A stretch of 32,000 nt of DNA, from sequence record KC012944.1; one strand, 5' to 3'. The stretch's first letter is position 1; each line of letters opens with the position of its first letter. Below the pieces are notes generated by a model. The model searched no databases, was not told the origin of the DNA, and saw only the letters and a list, made by a program, of their open reading frames with translations. Positions 20,784 through 29,904 of this stretch are shown piece by piece. The translations under genes and the position numbers were made by a program.

Positions 20784-21012
20784 TTTTTTATTCCTTTTTT
20801 GTTTATTAAAATTGTAATTGAATCAATTCAATAATTAAATTATATTTTCTACTTTTTAGTTTTAAAGAAACTAAATGCCTTATTTGCTTCAGCCATTTTT
20901 TTATTCCTTTTTTGTTTATTAAAATTGTAATTGAATCAATTCAATAATTAAATTATATTTTCTACTTTTTAGTTTTAAAGAAACTAAATGCCTTATTTGC
21001 TTCAGCCATTTT
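20778..21012 (-). repeat. perfect tandem duplication, 2 x 113 bp plus 9-bp shared junction, spanning the tufA start, the rps7-tufA spacer and the rps7 3' end
   Basis: 20781-20893 is identical to 20894-21006, compared base by base. AGCCATTTT occurs at both outer junctions and at the internal junction. Confidence 0.95.
20849..20896 (-). other. chimeric mini-ORF created by the duplication (tufA leader and ATG fused to the last 14 codons of rps7): MAEANKAFSFFKTKK*
   Basis: Hand translation of the minus strand. Preceded by an exact copy of the tufA 5' leader. Confidence 0.6.
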
Positions 21013-21438
21013 ATGAACTTCTTCACGTCTACGTATAGAGTTTCCTATTCCTTTTGAAGCATCCATTAATTCACGAGCTAGTTTAAATGACATATTTTTA
21101 CCAGATCTATCACGTGAAAATTTCAAAATCCATTTTAAAGCTAAGTTTGTAGCTCTAAGGCGTTTTACTTCAATTGGAACTTGATATGTTGCACCACCGA
21201 TTCTTTTTGGTTTTAATTCTACTATAGGGCTTACATTTTGAACAGCCTTTTCTAAAGTTACAAGACCTTCAACACTTGTTTTTTGTTTAACATAATCTAG
21301 AGCCCTATAGACAATTCTCTCTGCTAACTGTTTTTTGCCACTTTTAAGTACACGTAAGTTTAATAAACTTACAAGATAACTATTGTAAACGGGATCTGGA
21401 CCAGGTAGACGTTTTCTAATTCTTTTTCGTCTTGACAT
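20962..21438 (-). CDS. rps7: 30S ribosomal protein S7
   Basis: 158 aa with S7 motifs (GKK..AE.IVY.A, PRRIGGATYQVP-like KRIGGATYQVPIEV). Confidence 0.96.
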   Translation of the reverse strand: MSRRKRIRKRLPGPDPVYNSYLVSLLNLRVLKSGKKQLAERIVYRALDYVKQKTSVEGLVTLEKAVQNVSPIVELKPKRIGGATYQVPIEVKRLRATNLALKWILKFSRDRSGKNMSFKLARELMDASKGIGNSIRRREEVHKMAEANKAFSFFKTKK

Positions 21439-21455
21439 TTTAATTATTTTCTAGG

Positions 21456-21833
21456 TTAGTTTTTTTTAGGTTTACGAGCACCGTATTTTGAACGACCTTG
21501 CATTCTTTTAGTAACACCTACTGTATCTAATGCTCCACGAACAACTCTGTAACGAACACCAGGTAAATCTTTTACACGACCACCTCTAATAAGAACAACT
21601 GAATGTTCTTGTAAGTTATGACCTTCACCAGGAATATGCGCAGTAACTTCAAATCCGGATGTCAATCTAATTCGAGCTACTTTGCGCATTGCAGAGTTAG
21701 GTTTTTTTGGTGTAACAATGTACACTCGTGTACATACACCTCGCCTTTGTGGACAGGCTTTCAAAGCAGCGGCTTTACTTTTTTTTGCAACGCTCAGGCG
21801 TTCATTTCTAATTAGTTGTTGAACCGTTGGCAT
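21456..21833 (-). CDS. rps12: 30S ribosomal protein S12
   Basis: 125 aa, [12 protein letters not shown] and [15 protein letters not shown]. Not split. Confidence 0.98.
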   Translation of the reverse strand: MPTVQQLIRNERLSVAKKSKAAALKACPQRRGVCTRVYIVTPKKPNSAMRKVARIRLTSGFEVTAHIPGEGHNLQEHSVVLIRGGRVKDLPGVRYRVVRGALDTVGVTKRMQGRSKYGARKPKKN

Positions 21834-21836
21834 AAT

Positions 21837-22061
21837 TTATTTATTGTCCTCCTCTGATTCCATATTATATTTTTTTAAGAATCGTTCTACACGACCTTCA
21901 GTATCAATAATTTTTTGTGAGCCAGTAAAGAAAGGATGATTTCCTGACCATATATCTACGTGTAACTCAGGTTTAGTAGATGATATTGTCATAATTTCTT
22001 TACCATCACAATAAACTTTTGTTTTTTCGAACCAATTTGGATGAATATTTTTTTTTGGCAT
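21837..22061 (-). CDS. rpl31: 50S ribosomal protein L31
   Basis: 74 aa, MPKKNIHP and HPFFTG.QKI.DTEGRVERF. Confidence 0.93.
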   Translation of the reverse strand: MPKKNIHPNWFEKTKVYCDGKEIMTISSTKPELHVDIWSGNHPFFTGSQKIIDTEGRVERFLKKYNMESEEDNK

Positions 22062-22066
22062 ATTAA

Positions 22067-22477
22067 TTAACGTTTAGAGTATTGTGGTGCTTTACGTGCT
22101 TTTTTTAAGCCACATTTTTTACGTTCTTTTATTCTAGTATCACGACTCAGTAATCCTAAGTGTCTAAGTTTAGTTCTTTTGTCATTATCTAAACTTGAAA
22201 TTGCTTTTGCTACTGCTAGTCTAATTGCTTGCGTTTGACCTTGTAAACCACCGCCAGAAACTTCAATAATAATATTATATGCTTTATCAGATTGGAAAAT
22301 TTCGAGTGGTGTTCTACAAATACCTAAACCGTGAGCTATTGCATGAAAATATTCAATACCAGGCTTTTGATTGACAGTAATTTCTCCTGTACCTGGAAGA
22401 ATTTTAACAAGTGCTGACGCACTTTTTCTACGGCCTACACCGCTAGCAACTACATTATTCTTTTCAAATTTTACCAT
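22067..22477 (-). CDS. rps9: 30S ribosomal protein S9
   Basis: 136 aa, GRRK.A.A.V...PG.G and the C-terminal KKARKAPQYSKR. Confidence 0.95.
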   Translation of the reverse strand: MVKFEKNNVVASGVGRRKSASALVKILPGTGEITVNQKPGIEYFHAIAHGLGICRTPLEIFQSDKAYNIIIEVSGGGLQGQTQAIRLAVAKAISSLDNDKRTKLRHLGLLSRDTRIKERKKCGLKKARKAPQYSKR

Positions 22478-22488
22478 AATTTATATTA

Positions 22489-22926
22489 TTATTTGCCGAA
22501 GGTAATTTCTTTTGGTTTTTGTGCTTTATGTGGATGCTCATTTCCAGCATAAACTCGTAATCGCTTAGCTAAATCAGATTTTTCAAATCCATTAGGTAAC
22601 ATTCTTTTTACAGCTAGTTCAATTACTCTATAAGGAAAGCGTGAAAGTAATTCAGCTAAAGATCTTGTTTTTAATTCACCAGGTTTACCTGTATGTGTGT
22701 AATAAAATTTTTGTTTTAATTTATTACCGGTAACTTTTATTTTATCGGCATTAACAACGACCACATATACTTTACTATCACTACCTGGAGTATAACTTAC
22801 TTGAGTTTTACCTTGAATTAAATTTGCAATCTGCGTTGATAATCGACCAAGTGTTTGGCCTTGTGCGTCAACTAAATACCAACTTTTTTCTTTATATTTT
22901 CCTAAGGGTATATACGTATCATTCAT
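22489..22926 (-). CDS. rpl13: 50S ribosomal protein L13
   Basis: 145 aa, WYLVDA.GQTLGRL. Confidence 0.95.
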   Translation of the reverse strand: MNDTYIPLGKYKEKSWYLVDAQGQTLGRLSTQIANLIQGKTQVSYTPGSDSKVYVVVVNADKIKVTGNKLKQKFYYTHTGKPGELKTRSLAELLSRFPYRVIELAVKRMLPNGFEKSDLAKRLRVYAGNEHPHKAQKPKEITFGK

Positions 22927-22982
22927 GTTTTAGATAGGTTTTAAAATTTTATATTTGCTCAATGTAAGTAATTAACAAAATT

Positions 22983-24326
22983 TTAAAGTGGTAATGAACT
23001 TGGAATCAATTCCCATTTCAAATTTTTATCAAGATTTATAGATAAACCAATTAAATTCAAAGATTTTTCTATAGTGATTAACTCGTTTTCATTTAAACCA
23101 ATTCGTTTTAATAACTCGAGAGGTGTAGAAATTAGACTTTTTAGACTTACAAATCCTTCCCTTCTAAGGCACAATTCAAGATTAGTGGGCAAGTTCAAAT
23201 GTTTTAAATCAAGATTTTTTAAAACTTCAGTAGTATAGGAGTCTACAATATTATCTCTAACTTGGTGGGCCAGAATATATTGAGAACCTATCTCTAAAGA
23301 TAACAAAAGATTTTTCTCACTAGCATAAATATGAGGAATGGGTTCTAAAATAGTTAATGTATCTCTTAATTCATTAACTGCAAGCTCAATTGCTATAGCT
23401 GGTTCTAAATCACCTCTACTTATTACGACAAACCTTAAAAATTCTTCCGTATCAGTAACTCCTCTTTTTATAAGTTCTTCATATTCTAGTACAGATGAGT
23501 TTGTAGTTTGGATAACATCAAAACCACATGATTGAATTGAAGAATATATTGGATCTACAACAATGATATCAAGAGGGAGTTTTTGGGATGGACTTACTTT
23601 AATTTTACTATCTTTTAACTTTGTTCCAAGAACATCGCCATGTGTATTGTTGAGCGTTTTTAAATTATTTAATAATTTTTCAGATTTTTTAGTTGAAACA
23701 TCATATTTATTGTTTTGGTTAAGTAAGTTTGATTTTGTATTACTTTTTTTTAAAGTTTTCAAAAAATTATTGTCATTACTATTACCAAAGATGCTATTAA
23801 TATCATTTTCTCTGAGTTTTAATAAGTTCTTATTTGTTAGTTTAATCGGGTTAATTGGATCAATATAATCAGAGCCCTGATTAGTCTCCGAAGAACTTAT
23901 CATTAAGTGTAAATCTAATGAATAGGAACTATTTAAAGTACAAATATATTGATATGGATTAACAACTTCTAAACCATCTTCCAATTGCAAATCTTGCGCG
24001 GTAATTATTGCTGGACCAGTTTTTTTTATATGTGCTGTTCCTATGTAAGGAAAAAAAGATGATTTTATATGTATTCGTTGTAGATTTAATGAAAGTTCAA
24101 ATAAATCCTCCCTTATACTATTCCCGTCATTAAAATTTCCACAAGCACTTGTAATAGCAACTGTCTTTGAAAGAGATAGTAATGTTCGTCTTAACGCTGC
24201 TCCTACAGTTGTACCCATTGTTTTTTTAAAAGGTCCGATACGAAATTGAAACGAAATATGTCCTGTTCTTTTATCAACAGTACGTTTTTCAATTTCAATA
24301 ACTAATTTCCGTTTTTCGGTTTTCAT
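22983..24326 (-). CDS. rpoA: RNA polymerase alpha subunit with a large internal low-complexity insertion
   Basis: The position between rps11 and rpl13 is canonical. The N-terminal domain (GTTVGAALRRTLLS), the LPLDIIVVDPIYS segment and a C-terminal-domain-like end are recognisable. At 447 aa it is much longer than the ~310-340 aa I expect. Confidence 0.88.
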   Translation of the reverse strand: MKTEKRKLVIEIEKRTVDKRTGHISFQFRIGPFKKTMGTTVGAALRRTLLSLSKTVAITSACGNFNDGNSIREDLFELSLNLQRIHIKSSFFPYIGTAHIKKTGPAIITAQDLQLEDGLEVVNPYQYICTLNSSYSLDLHLMISSSETNQGSDYIDPINPIKLTNKNLLKLRENDINSIFGNSNDNNFLKTLKKSNTKSNLLNQNNKYDVSTKKSEKLLNNLKTLNNTHGDVLGTKLKDSKIKVSPSQKLPLDIIVVDPIYSSIQSCGFDVIQTTNSSVLEYEELIKRGVTDTEEFLRFVVISRGDLEPAIAIELAVNELRDTLTILEPIPHIYASEKNLLLSLEIGSQYILAHQVRDNIVDSYTTEVLKNLDLKHLNLPTNLELCLRREGFVSLKSLISTPLELLKRIGLNENELITIEKSLNLIGLSINLDKNLKWELIPSSLPL

Positions 24327-24366
24327 GGTTAAAGTATTTTAATTTTTTCTAAATTTTGACAGGTTA

Positions 24367-24750
24367 CTATACACGTCTTCTTTTTGGTGCCCGACAACCA
24401 TTATGAGGAACGCCAGTTTTATCTTCAATAGATATAATTTCTAAGCCAGTTGCATGGATACCTTTTATAGCAATTTCACGACCGTTACCTGGTCCATTCA
24501 AAATTACACCTACTTTTTTTATACCTAGTTTTAAAGCTTTAGCACTCGCATTTTTTGCTGCCATTTGTGCTGCATATTGAGTTTTTTTACGACTCCCTTT
24601 AAAGCCACTGCTTCCTGCCGAAGCCCAAGTAATTACATTACCCTTTGGGTCTGTTATAGAAATAATCGTATTATTAAAAGTAGAATGAATGCATGCAAAG
24701 CCTAATGATAGGTTTATCTTTCGCTTTCCTTTATTCAGCTTTTGGTTCAT
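24367..24750 (-). CDS. rps11: 30S ribosomal protein S11
   Basis: [16 protein letters not shown] and PHNGCR.PK.RRV. ATG at 24750 preferred over the upstream TTG at 24783 used by the ORF track. Confidence 0.95.
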   Translation of the reverse strand: MNQKLNKGKRKINLSLGFACIHSTFNNTIISITDPKGNVITWASAGSSGFKGSRKKTQYAAQMAAKNASAKALKLGIKKVGVILNGPGNGREIAIKGIHATGLEIISIEDKTGVPHNGCRAPKRRRV

Positions 24751-24821
24751 AGGTTTTTGTCCTAATTTTAAGTTAAAATACAAATAAATTTAATATTTTA
24801 ATATTCTTTTAAGTCTTAAAT

Positions 24822-25193
24822 TTATTTGAAACGTCGACTCGATTGTTTACCTGCGGTTTTTTTTCTAGTCTGAGAATTTGTCCTAGTACGTTGTCCTCGA
24901 AGAGGCAGTCCTTGTATATGACGTCTTCCTCTATAACAATTAATTTCTACCAAGCGTTTTATATTTAAAGCAACTAAGCGTTTTAAATCACTTTCAGTCG
25001 TATAATTTTTTTCAATACGTTCGCGTAAACTACTAATCTCATTATCTGTTAAAGCTTTCGTTTTTGTTTCAGGATTTATATCAAGGGAATTAAGAATTTC
25101 TTTTGATCTTGTTCGTCCAATTCCATAGATATAAGTTAATGCAATCTCTATTGATTTTGTGTCTGGTAAATCAACTCCTGCAATTCTTATCAT
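24822..25193 (-). CDS. rps13: 30S ribosomal protein S13
   Basis: 123 aa, starts [10 protein letters not shown] and contains LTYIYGIG. Confidence 0.96.
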   Translation of the reverse strand: MIRIAGVDLPDTKSIEIALTYIYGIGRTRSKEILNSLDINPETKTKALTDNEISSLRERIEKNYTTESDLKRLVALNIKRLVEINCYRGRRHIQGLPLRGQRTRTNSQTRKKTAGKQSSRRFK

Positions 25194-25218
25194 AAATTTT
25201 TTATTAGTTTAAAATAAA

Positions 25219-25332
25219 TTAACCTTGTCTTTGTTTGTGTTTTTTATTAACACAGATAACTCTAATTACACCTGCACGTTTTATTAGACGACATTTTTCA
25301 CACATTTTTTTTACTGATGGTCTTACTTTCAT
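25219..25332 (-). CDS. rpl36: 50S ribosomal protein L36
   Basis: Hand translation gives [37 protein letters not shown] (37 aa). Too short for the ORF track. Confidence 0.95.
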   Translation of the reverse strand: MKVRPSVKKMCEKCRLIKRAGVIRVICVNKKHKQRQG

Positions 25333-25373
25333 TTTTAATAGTTTATGTATATATAGATTTTAAAAATATCAGA

Positions 25374-26531
25374 TTAAGCTTTTTTTAGTCCTAAATCAAA
25401 AAGTCGATCTTCTAAATCGAGCATTGTTCCGAATAAAATAAGTAAAGAGCTTAAATTTGATTTTAAGCCGATTGTTGGATAATAATTATCAAGTATATCG
25501 GAAACTCCTACTAACAGTGCTAACATAAGCCCAGCTGATAAATAAGTCCTTTTAAGTTCGTCTTCTAAGTAATTTTGTGTTTCTTGACCTGGAGATTTTC
25601 TTAGAATAGTCATGTTCATTGTAATAAGCTCTTTAGACACTTTATCACTATCAACCTGTAATTTTGAACAGTAATAACTAAAAGTTATAATAAATACAAA
25701 ACGTAGTAGACTAATAAGAATACCTATTAAAGTAGGACCAAGACTTATAAAACTTATTTGGTTAAATCCAGACTGAATTAATCGTAATAGAGATTCCGCA
25801 GAGACTAAACCCATAACAGCCCCTGGATTTATCGCAAAAGGTAATAAACTAGGTTTTGATTGTTCAGAATAGGATTGTTTTGAAGAAAGTATTGGAAATT
25901 CTACTGTAGACTTTGAAATAAAAGTTGTAAATGCCGCTACAGCTAAGACATAAAAACCAAGAATAATTCTTGGTTTAGTATCTAGGTTACTAGCTTCTAA
26001 AGTAAGCCTTATAACATCATCAATAACGCTAGTAAACGTTAAAACAACGACAGATCCACTTATTGAAAATGACTCAGAGACCCATTCGCTAATCCAAATT
26101 AATACTAATCCTCCTGTTACTAAGGTTGTTCCCAAAATGAACTTACTCATTAAGGTATAACTGTACATAACTGGTGAAAGAGCTCTTACTTGTCCAACAC
26201 TTACTAAGATAGCAATAAATGCGCTAACAATTTTAACCTGTTTTTGAATTTTTTGATATTTATCAAAGTCATCATCTTCTGATTTTGGTTTTATACTGTT
26301 AAACACTTGAACAAGTAAAGAAGCTTGAACCAATGGCAATATACCTAAGGCTAAAAAACATGGACGATTCGACGCTGGTAAAAGCGAATAATCAATACAG
26401 GGAAGAGGAATCTTAGATAAAAAACGAAGACAGGCACCTAGAACAAATAAAGAGAGCACTCTATCCTGCGCGGATTTTCTAAGCTTTTCGGCAGAGAACA
26501 TATTTGCTAGCATGGTGCTAAGTTTATTCAT
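25374..26531 (-). CDS. secY: preprotein translocase SecY, highly divergent
   Basis: Canonical slot between rps5 and rpl36. Polytopic hydrophobic 385-aa protein with residual SecY N-terminal pattern (..KLR...RVL.....L..CLRFLSKIPLPCID ... LALGILPLVQASLLVQ). Confidence 0.75.
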   Translation of the reverse strand: MNKLSTMLANMFSAEKLRKSAQDRVLSLFVLGACLRFLSKIPLPCIDYSLLPASNRPCFLALGILPLVQASLLVQVFNSIKPKSEDDDFDKYQKIQKQVKIVSAFIAILVSVGQVRALSPVMYSYTLMSKFILGTTLVTGGLVLIWISEWVSESFSISGSVVVLTFTSVIDDVIRLTLEASNLDTKPRIILGFYVLAVAAFTTFISKSTVEFPILSSKQSYSEQSKPSLLPFAINPGAVMGLVSAESLLRLIQSGFNQISFISLGPTLIGILISLLRFVFIITFSYYCSKLQVDSDKVSKELITMNMTILRKSPGQETQNYLEDELKRTYLSAGLMLALLVGVSDILDNYYPTIGLKSNLSSLLILFGTMLDLEDRLFDLGLKKA

Positions 26532-26588
26532 TGATATTGACCTTTATTTTTAGTAATACTATCCTCATATTCTTTAGTTACTTTTAGA

Positions 26589-27122
26589 TTAAGGCTTTAC
26601 ATCTTTAATTTCTTCGTAAGATTTTCGCCCAGTTAATTTTTCTAAACTTAGGCCTCTATTCTTAGCAGTTACAGTAATAAATCTTAAATTACTTAAAGCA
26701 ACTAAAGTGGCACGAGCATTATTAATTTTATTTTTAGATCTTAACTGTTTTGCCAAAATATTTTTAATACCAGCTGTTTCTAAAACCGTTCTAATAGCTC
26801 CACCAGCAATAACTCCTGATCCTGGGGCAGCTGGCCTTAACATAACTTGAGCAGCTCCAAAGTTTGCTTCACTTTTATGTGGAATTGTTTTTGTTCGTGT
26901 CATTGCAATCTGAATACGGTTTTGTATTGCTCTAGATTGTCCTTTTTTAATAGCATTTAATACTTGACTGGCTTTACCAATTCCTAAACCTACAATTCCT
27001 TTTTGGTTACCAACGACGATTAAAGCACGAAAGTTTAATGATTTCCCACCTTTACTCACTTTGCAAACTCGTCTAATCTCAATTACCTTATGATTAATAC
27101 CTTTTTGATTTTCATTCTTCAT
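26589..27122 (-). CDS. rps5: 30S ribosomal protein S5
   Basis: 177 aa, V.KGGK...FRALIVVGN..G.VG.G.GKA and PAAPGSGVIAGG. Confidence 0.95.
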   Translation of the reverse strand: MKNENQKGINHKVIEIRRVCKVSKGGKSLNFRALIVVGNQKGIVGLGIGKASQVLNAIKKGQSRAIQNRIQIAMTRTKTIPHKSEANFGAAQVMLRPAAPGSGVIAGGAIRTVLETAGIKNILAKQLRSKNKINNARATLVALSNLRFITVTAKNRGLSLEKLTGRKSYEEIKDVKP

Positions 27123-27155
27123 GATTATAATGGTTCCTTTTTATTCACGAAGTTA

Positions 27156-27470
27156 TTAAAATTGTAAGCCCATTTCACGAGCTCCATCAGCGAATGCTTG
27201 GATTCTTCCATGATAAGGTCTAAAACGTCTATCAAAGACTACATTTATAAGATTATGCTTAATTAATGCTTTCCCTAGTTGTTCACCAACTAAACGAGCC
27301 GCTTTACAATTTTGACCTGTTGTAATCAAAGGTTTTATAGATGGGTCTAAAGTTGAACATGCAAATAATGTTTTTTGATTCTGGTCATCGATTACCTGGG
27401 CATACAAATGACGATTTGATCTAAAAACAGCAAGACGTGGACGTTGGGGATTTCCTTTTATCTTTTTCAT
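27156..27470 (-). CDS. rpl18: 50S ribosomal protein L18
   Basis: 104 aa, RPRLAVFRSN.H.YAQVIDD and YHGR..A.ADGARE.GL.F. Confidence 0.95.
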   Translation of the reverse strand: MKKIKGNPQRPRLAVFRSNRHLYAQVIDDQNQKTLFACSTLDPSIKPLITTGQNCKAARLVGEQLGKALIKHNLINVVFDRRFRPYHGRIQAFADGAREMGLQF

Positions 27471-27471
27471 A

Positions 27472-28014
27472 CTATTTACTAGACTTTCCTACTTTTCTTT
27501 GAATAACTTCGCCTTGATATAAAACACCTTTACCTTTATAAGGCTCTGGTGGTCTTGTTGATCTAATTTGTTGAGCAACTAAGCCTACCTTTTCTTTATT
27601 TATTCCACTAATTTTAATAGTTGTATTAGCCTCAACACTAATTTGAATTCCTTCTGGTGCGTCAATTCTAATCGGATGAGTATACCCTACCGATAAATTA
27701 AGAGTTGTCTTATCCATATTAGCTTTATAACCAACACCTTTCAGTTCTAAGATTGTTGTAAAACCAGTGGAACTTCCAATTACCATATTAGAAACTAATG
27801 ATCTAAATAGACCATGAACTTCGCGAGATGATATATTCTCATTCTTTCTTAAGATTTGCAAGGTATTTTCATCTTTGTTGAAAATAACGCTTAAGCAACT
27901 GGGTATATCGCGAGATATTTCACCCTTAGGGCCTTTTACCTGTACATTTGTTTCAGTCAATTGAATATTAACACCTGCAGGTATTTTAATAATCTGTTTG
28001 CCTATTCTTGACAT
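27472..28014 (-). CDS. rpl6: 50S ribosomal protein L6
   Basis: 180 aa, starts MSRIGK, then KGPKGE, GVGY.A, PEPYKGKG. Confidence 0.95.
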   Translation of the reverse strand: MSRIGKQIIKIPAGVNIQLTETNVQVKGPKGEISRDIPSCLSVIFNKDENTLQILRKNENISSREVHGLFRSLVSNMVIGSSTGFTTILELKGVGYKANMDKTTLNLSVGYTHPIRIDAPEGIQISVEANTTIKISGINKEKVGLVAQQIRSTRPPEPYKGKGVLYQGEVIQRKVGKSSK

Positions 28015-28026
28015 ATTGTTATTTCC

Positions 28027-28425
28027 TTACCATACGTAACATAATAATTCACCACCAATTCCAAGTTCTTTTGCTTTGATATTTGTAATAATACCTTGTG
28101 AAGTAGACAAAATAGCAATCCCTTGTCCGCCTAGTACAATTGGTATTTGGTTGTTACTTACGTATACTCGTAAACCTGGTTTACTAACTCTTTTTAATCC
28201 TCTTATTAACGGACGAGTAGGATTAACTGAGTATTTTAAATATATAAAAATATAACGACGCCCTTCTTTTACAACAGTTTCGTACTGGCTAATAAAACCT
28301 TCTGTTCGTAATAGACGTGTTATGTAATAAGTCATTCTAGTAGAATCAATTTTAACTACTTTATGACCAACAAGATTCCCGTTTCTAATTCGGGTTAACA
28401 TGTCAGAGATTGTATCAGTTTTCAT
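28027..28425 (-). CDS. rps8: 30S ribosomal protein S8
   Basis: 132 aa, DTISDMLTRIRN and a C-terminal GGE.LCYVW. Confidence 0.95.
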   Translation of the reverse strand: MKTDTISDMLTRIRNGNLVGHKVVKIDSTRMTYYITRLLRTEGFISQYETVVKEGRRYIFIYLKYSVNPTRPLIRGLKRVSKPGLRVYVSNNQIPIVLGGQGIAILSTSQGIITNIKAKELGIGGELLCYVW

Positions 28426-28430
28426 ATTTC

Positions 28431-28985
28431 TTATACATTAGATGATTTTCTAAAAGGGAATCCAAATTCTTTTAATAATAAACGACCTTCTTCTGCCGTT
28501 TTAGCACTTGTAATAATTGATATGTTGTATCCTCGAATTTGATCTATCATGTTATAATCAATATCGGGGAAAACTAACTGTTCGCGAATTCCTAAGTTAT
28601 AATTACCATGTTCGTCAAAACTATCTGGGTTTAGACCTCTAAAATCTCTAATTCTTGGAAAAACTAAATGAATTAACTTTTCAAGAAAAGCATACATTAA
28701 ATCATTTCTTAATGTCACTGTGACACCTAAATCCATACCTTCGCGAGTTTTAAATCCAGCAATCGAATTTTTTGCTTTTGTAACAATTGGTTGTTGACCT
28801 GTTATAAGTCTTATTTCTTCAATTGTTTTTTGAAGAACCATCCTATTTTGTGCACCTAAGCCTAATCCACGATTTAACTGAATTTTAACTAGTTTAGGTA
28901 TATTATGATCATTGGTATATTCGAATTTTTCTTTTAAAGTAGACTTAATTCGATTTTGATAAATTTTTTTATATTCATGTGTCAT
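28431..28985 (-). CDS. rpl5: 50S ribosomal protein L5
   Basis: 184 aa, NRGLG, IAGFK.REGM..G..VTLR, FPEIDY-like FPDIDY. Confidence 0.95.
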   Translation of the reverse strand: MTHEYKKIYQNRIKSTLKEKFEYTNDHNIPKLVKIQLNRGLGLGAQNRMVLQKTIEEIRLITGQQPIVTKAKNSIAGFKTREGMDLGVTVTLRNDLMYAFLEKLIHLVFPRIRDFRGLNPDSFDEHGNYNLGIREQLVFPDIDYNMIDQIRGYNISIITSAKTAEEGRLLLKEFGFPFRKSSNV

Positions 28986-29027
28986 ATTGTTAACCTAGTC
29001 TTTTATGAACAAATTTTGTATTAGAAA

Positions 29028-29393
29028 TTAAACTACCTCAAAAGCTAAAGAAGCTATTTTCACAAAGTTTTTTTCTCTAATTTCACGAGCTACTGGACCA
29101 AATACTCTCGTTCCCCTAGGATTATTTTCAGTATTTATAATTACTGCAGCATTATCATCAAAACGAAGAGACATACCATCAGCTCTTTGTACTGGTTGTC
29201 GTGTTCTGACAATAACAGCACGAACAACGTCTGATCTTTTAATTGGCATATTTGGAACTGCTTCTTTAACAACACCAATAATGATATCTCCAATTCTACC
29301 ATATCGACGATTGCTACCTAAAACTCGAATACACATTAATTTTTTTGCACCAGTATTATCAACAACACTGAGATATGTTTGTGGTTGAATCAT
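29028..29393 (-). CDS. rpl14: 50S ribosomal protein L14
   Basis: 121 aa, starts [26 protein letters not shown]. Confidence 0.97.
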   Translation of the reverse strand: MIQPQTYLSVVDNTGAKKLMCIRVLGSNRRYGRIGDIIIGVVKEAVPNMPIKRSDVVRAVIVRTRQPVQRADGMSLRFDDNAAVIINTENNPRGTRVFGPVAREIREKNFVKIASLAFEVV

Positions 29394-29395
29394 AA

Positions 29396-29653
29396 TTATA
29401 TACTCTCCGCATTTGAGTTAAGTAATATACGTTCTAACTTCCAAGATTTATTTTTACTTAAAGGTCGCGTTTGTATAATAACTATTTTATCACCTAGTTT
29501 AGCAGCATTATCTTCATCATGTACAAGATAACGCTTTGTTTTAACCATCGTTTTTGCATAACGTGGGTGACGAAACTTATTTTCAACAAGCACAACAATT
29601 GTTTTTTGCATTTTCGTACTTACTACAATGCCAAACTTCTCTTTCAGTCCCAT
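29396..29653 (-). CDS. rps17: 30S ribosomal protein S17
   Basis: 85 aa, G.VVS.KM.KT.VV.VE......YAK. Canonical position. Confidence 0.92.
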   Translation of the reverse strand: MGLKEKFGIVVSTKMQKTIVVLVENKFRHPRYAKTMVKTKRYLVHDEDNAAKLGDKIVIIQTRPLSKNKSWKLERILLNSNAESI

Positions 29654-29684
29654 ATTTATGAGTTTTAATTTTTAAATTTTATAA

Positions 29685-29900
29685 TTATTTCGCACGAATG
29701 CTACTCGTTTGTAGGGAGCGTTTACGTGTTAATAATTGTGAAATTTGATGCCTTGTGTGAGTCATCAAATGTGGAGAAAAACGTGAAAAATTTGCTTTTT
29801 GAATACGTAAAAATAAAAGCTCTTTTTTTGCTTTTACTAATTGTAAATCGATTTCGTCTAATTCATAATTTATTAAATCTTTATATTTAGGTAAAGCCAT
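29685..29900 (-). CDS. rpl29: 50S ribosomal protein L29
   Basis: Canonical slot. The start MALPKYKDL at the ATG at 29900 avoids the 20-nt overlap with rpl16 implied by the ORF track start at 29924. Confidence 0.85.
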   Translation of the reverse strand: MALPKYKDLINYELDEIDLQLVKAKKELLFLRIQKANFSRFSPHLMTHTRHQISQLLTRKRSLQTSSIRAK

Positions 29901-29904
29901 AGTT

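Noticed and set aside
21618-21815. 65-aa plus-strand ORF inside rps12
   Set aside because: It is antisense to rps12.
23338-23868. Two plus-strand ORFs (65 and 101 aa, F/L/S-rich) opposite rpoA, the longer one opposite the insertion
   Set aside because: Their composition is the complement of the N/K-rich rpoA insertion. The rpoA frame stays open across the whole region and links conserved N- and C-terminal blocks.
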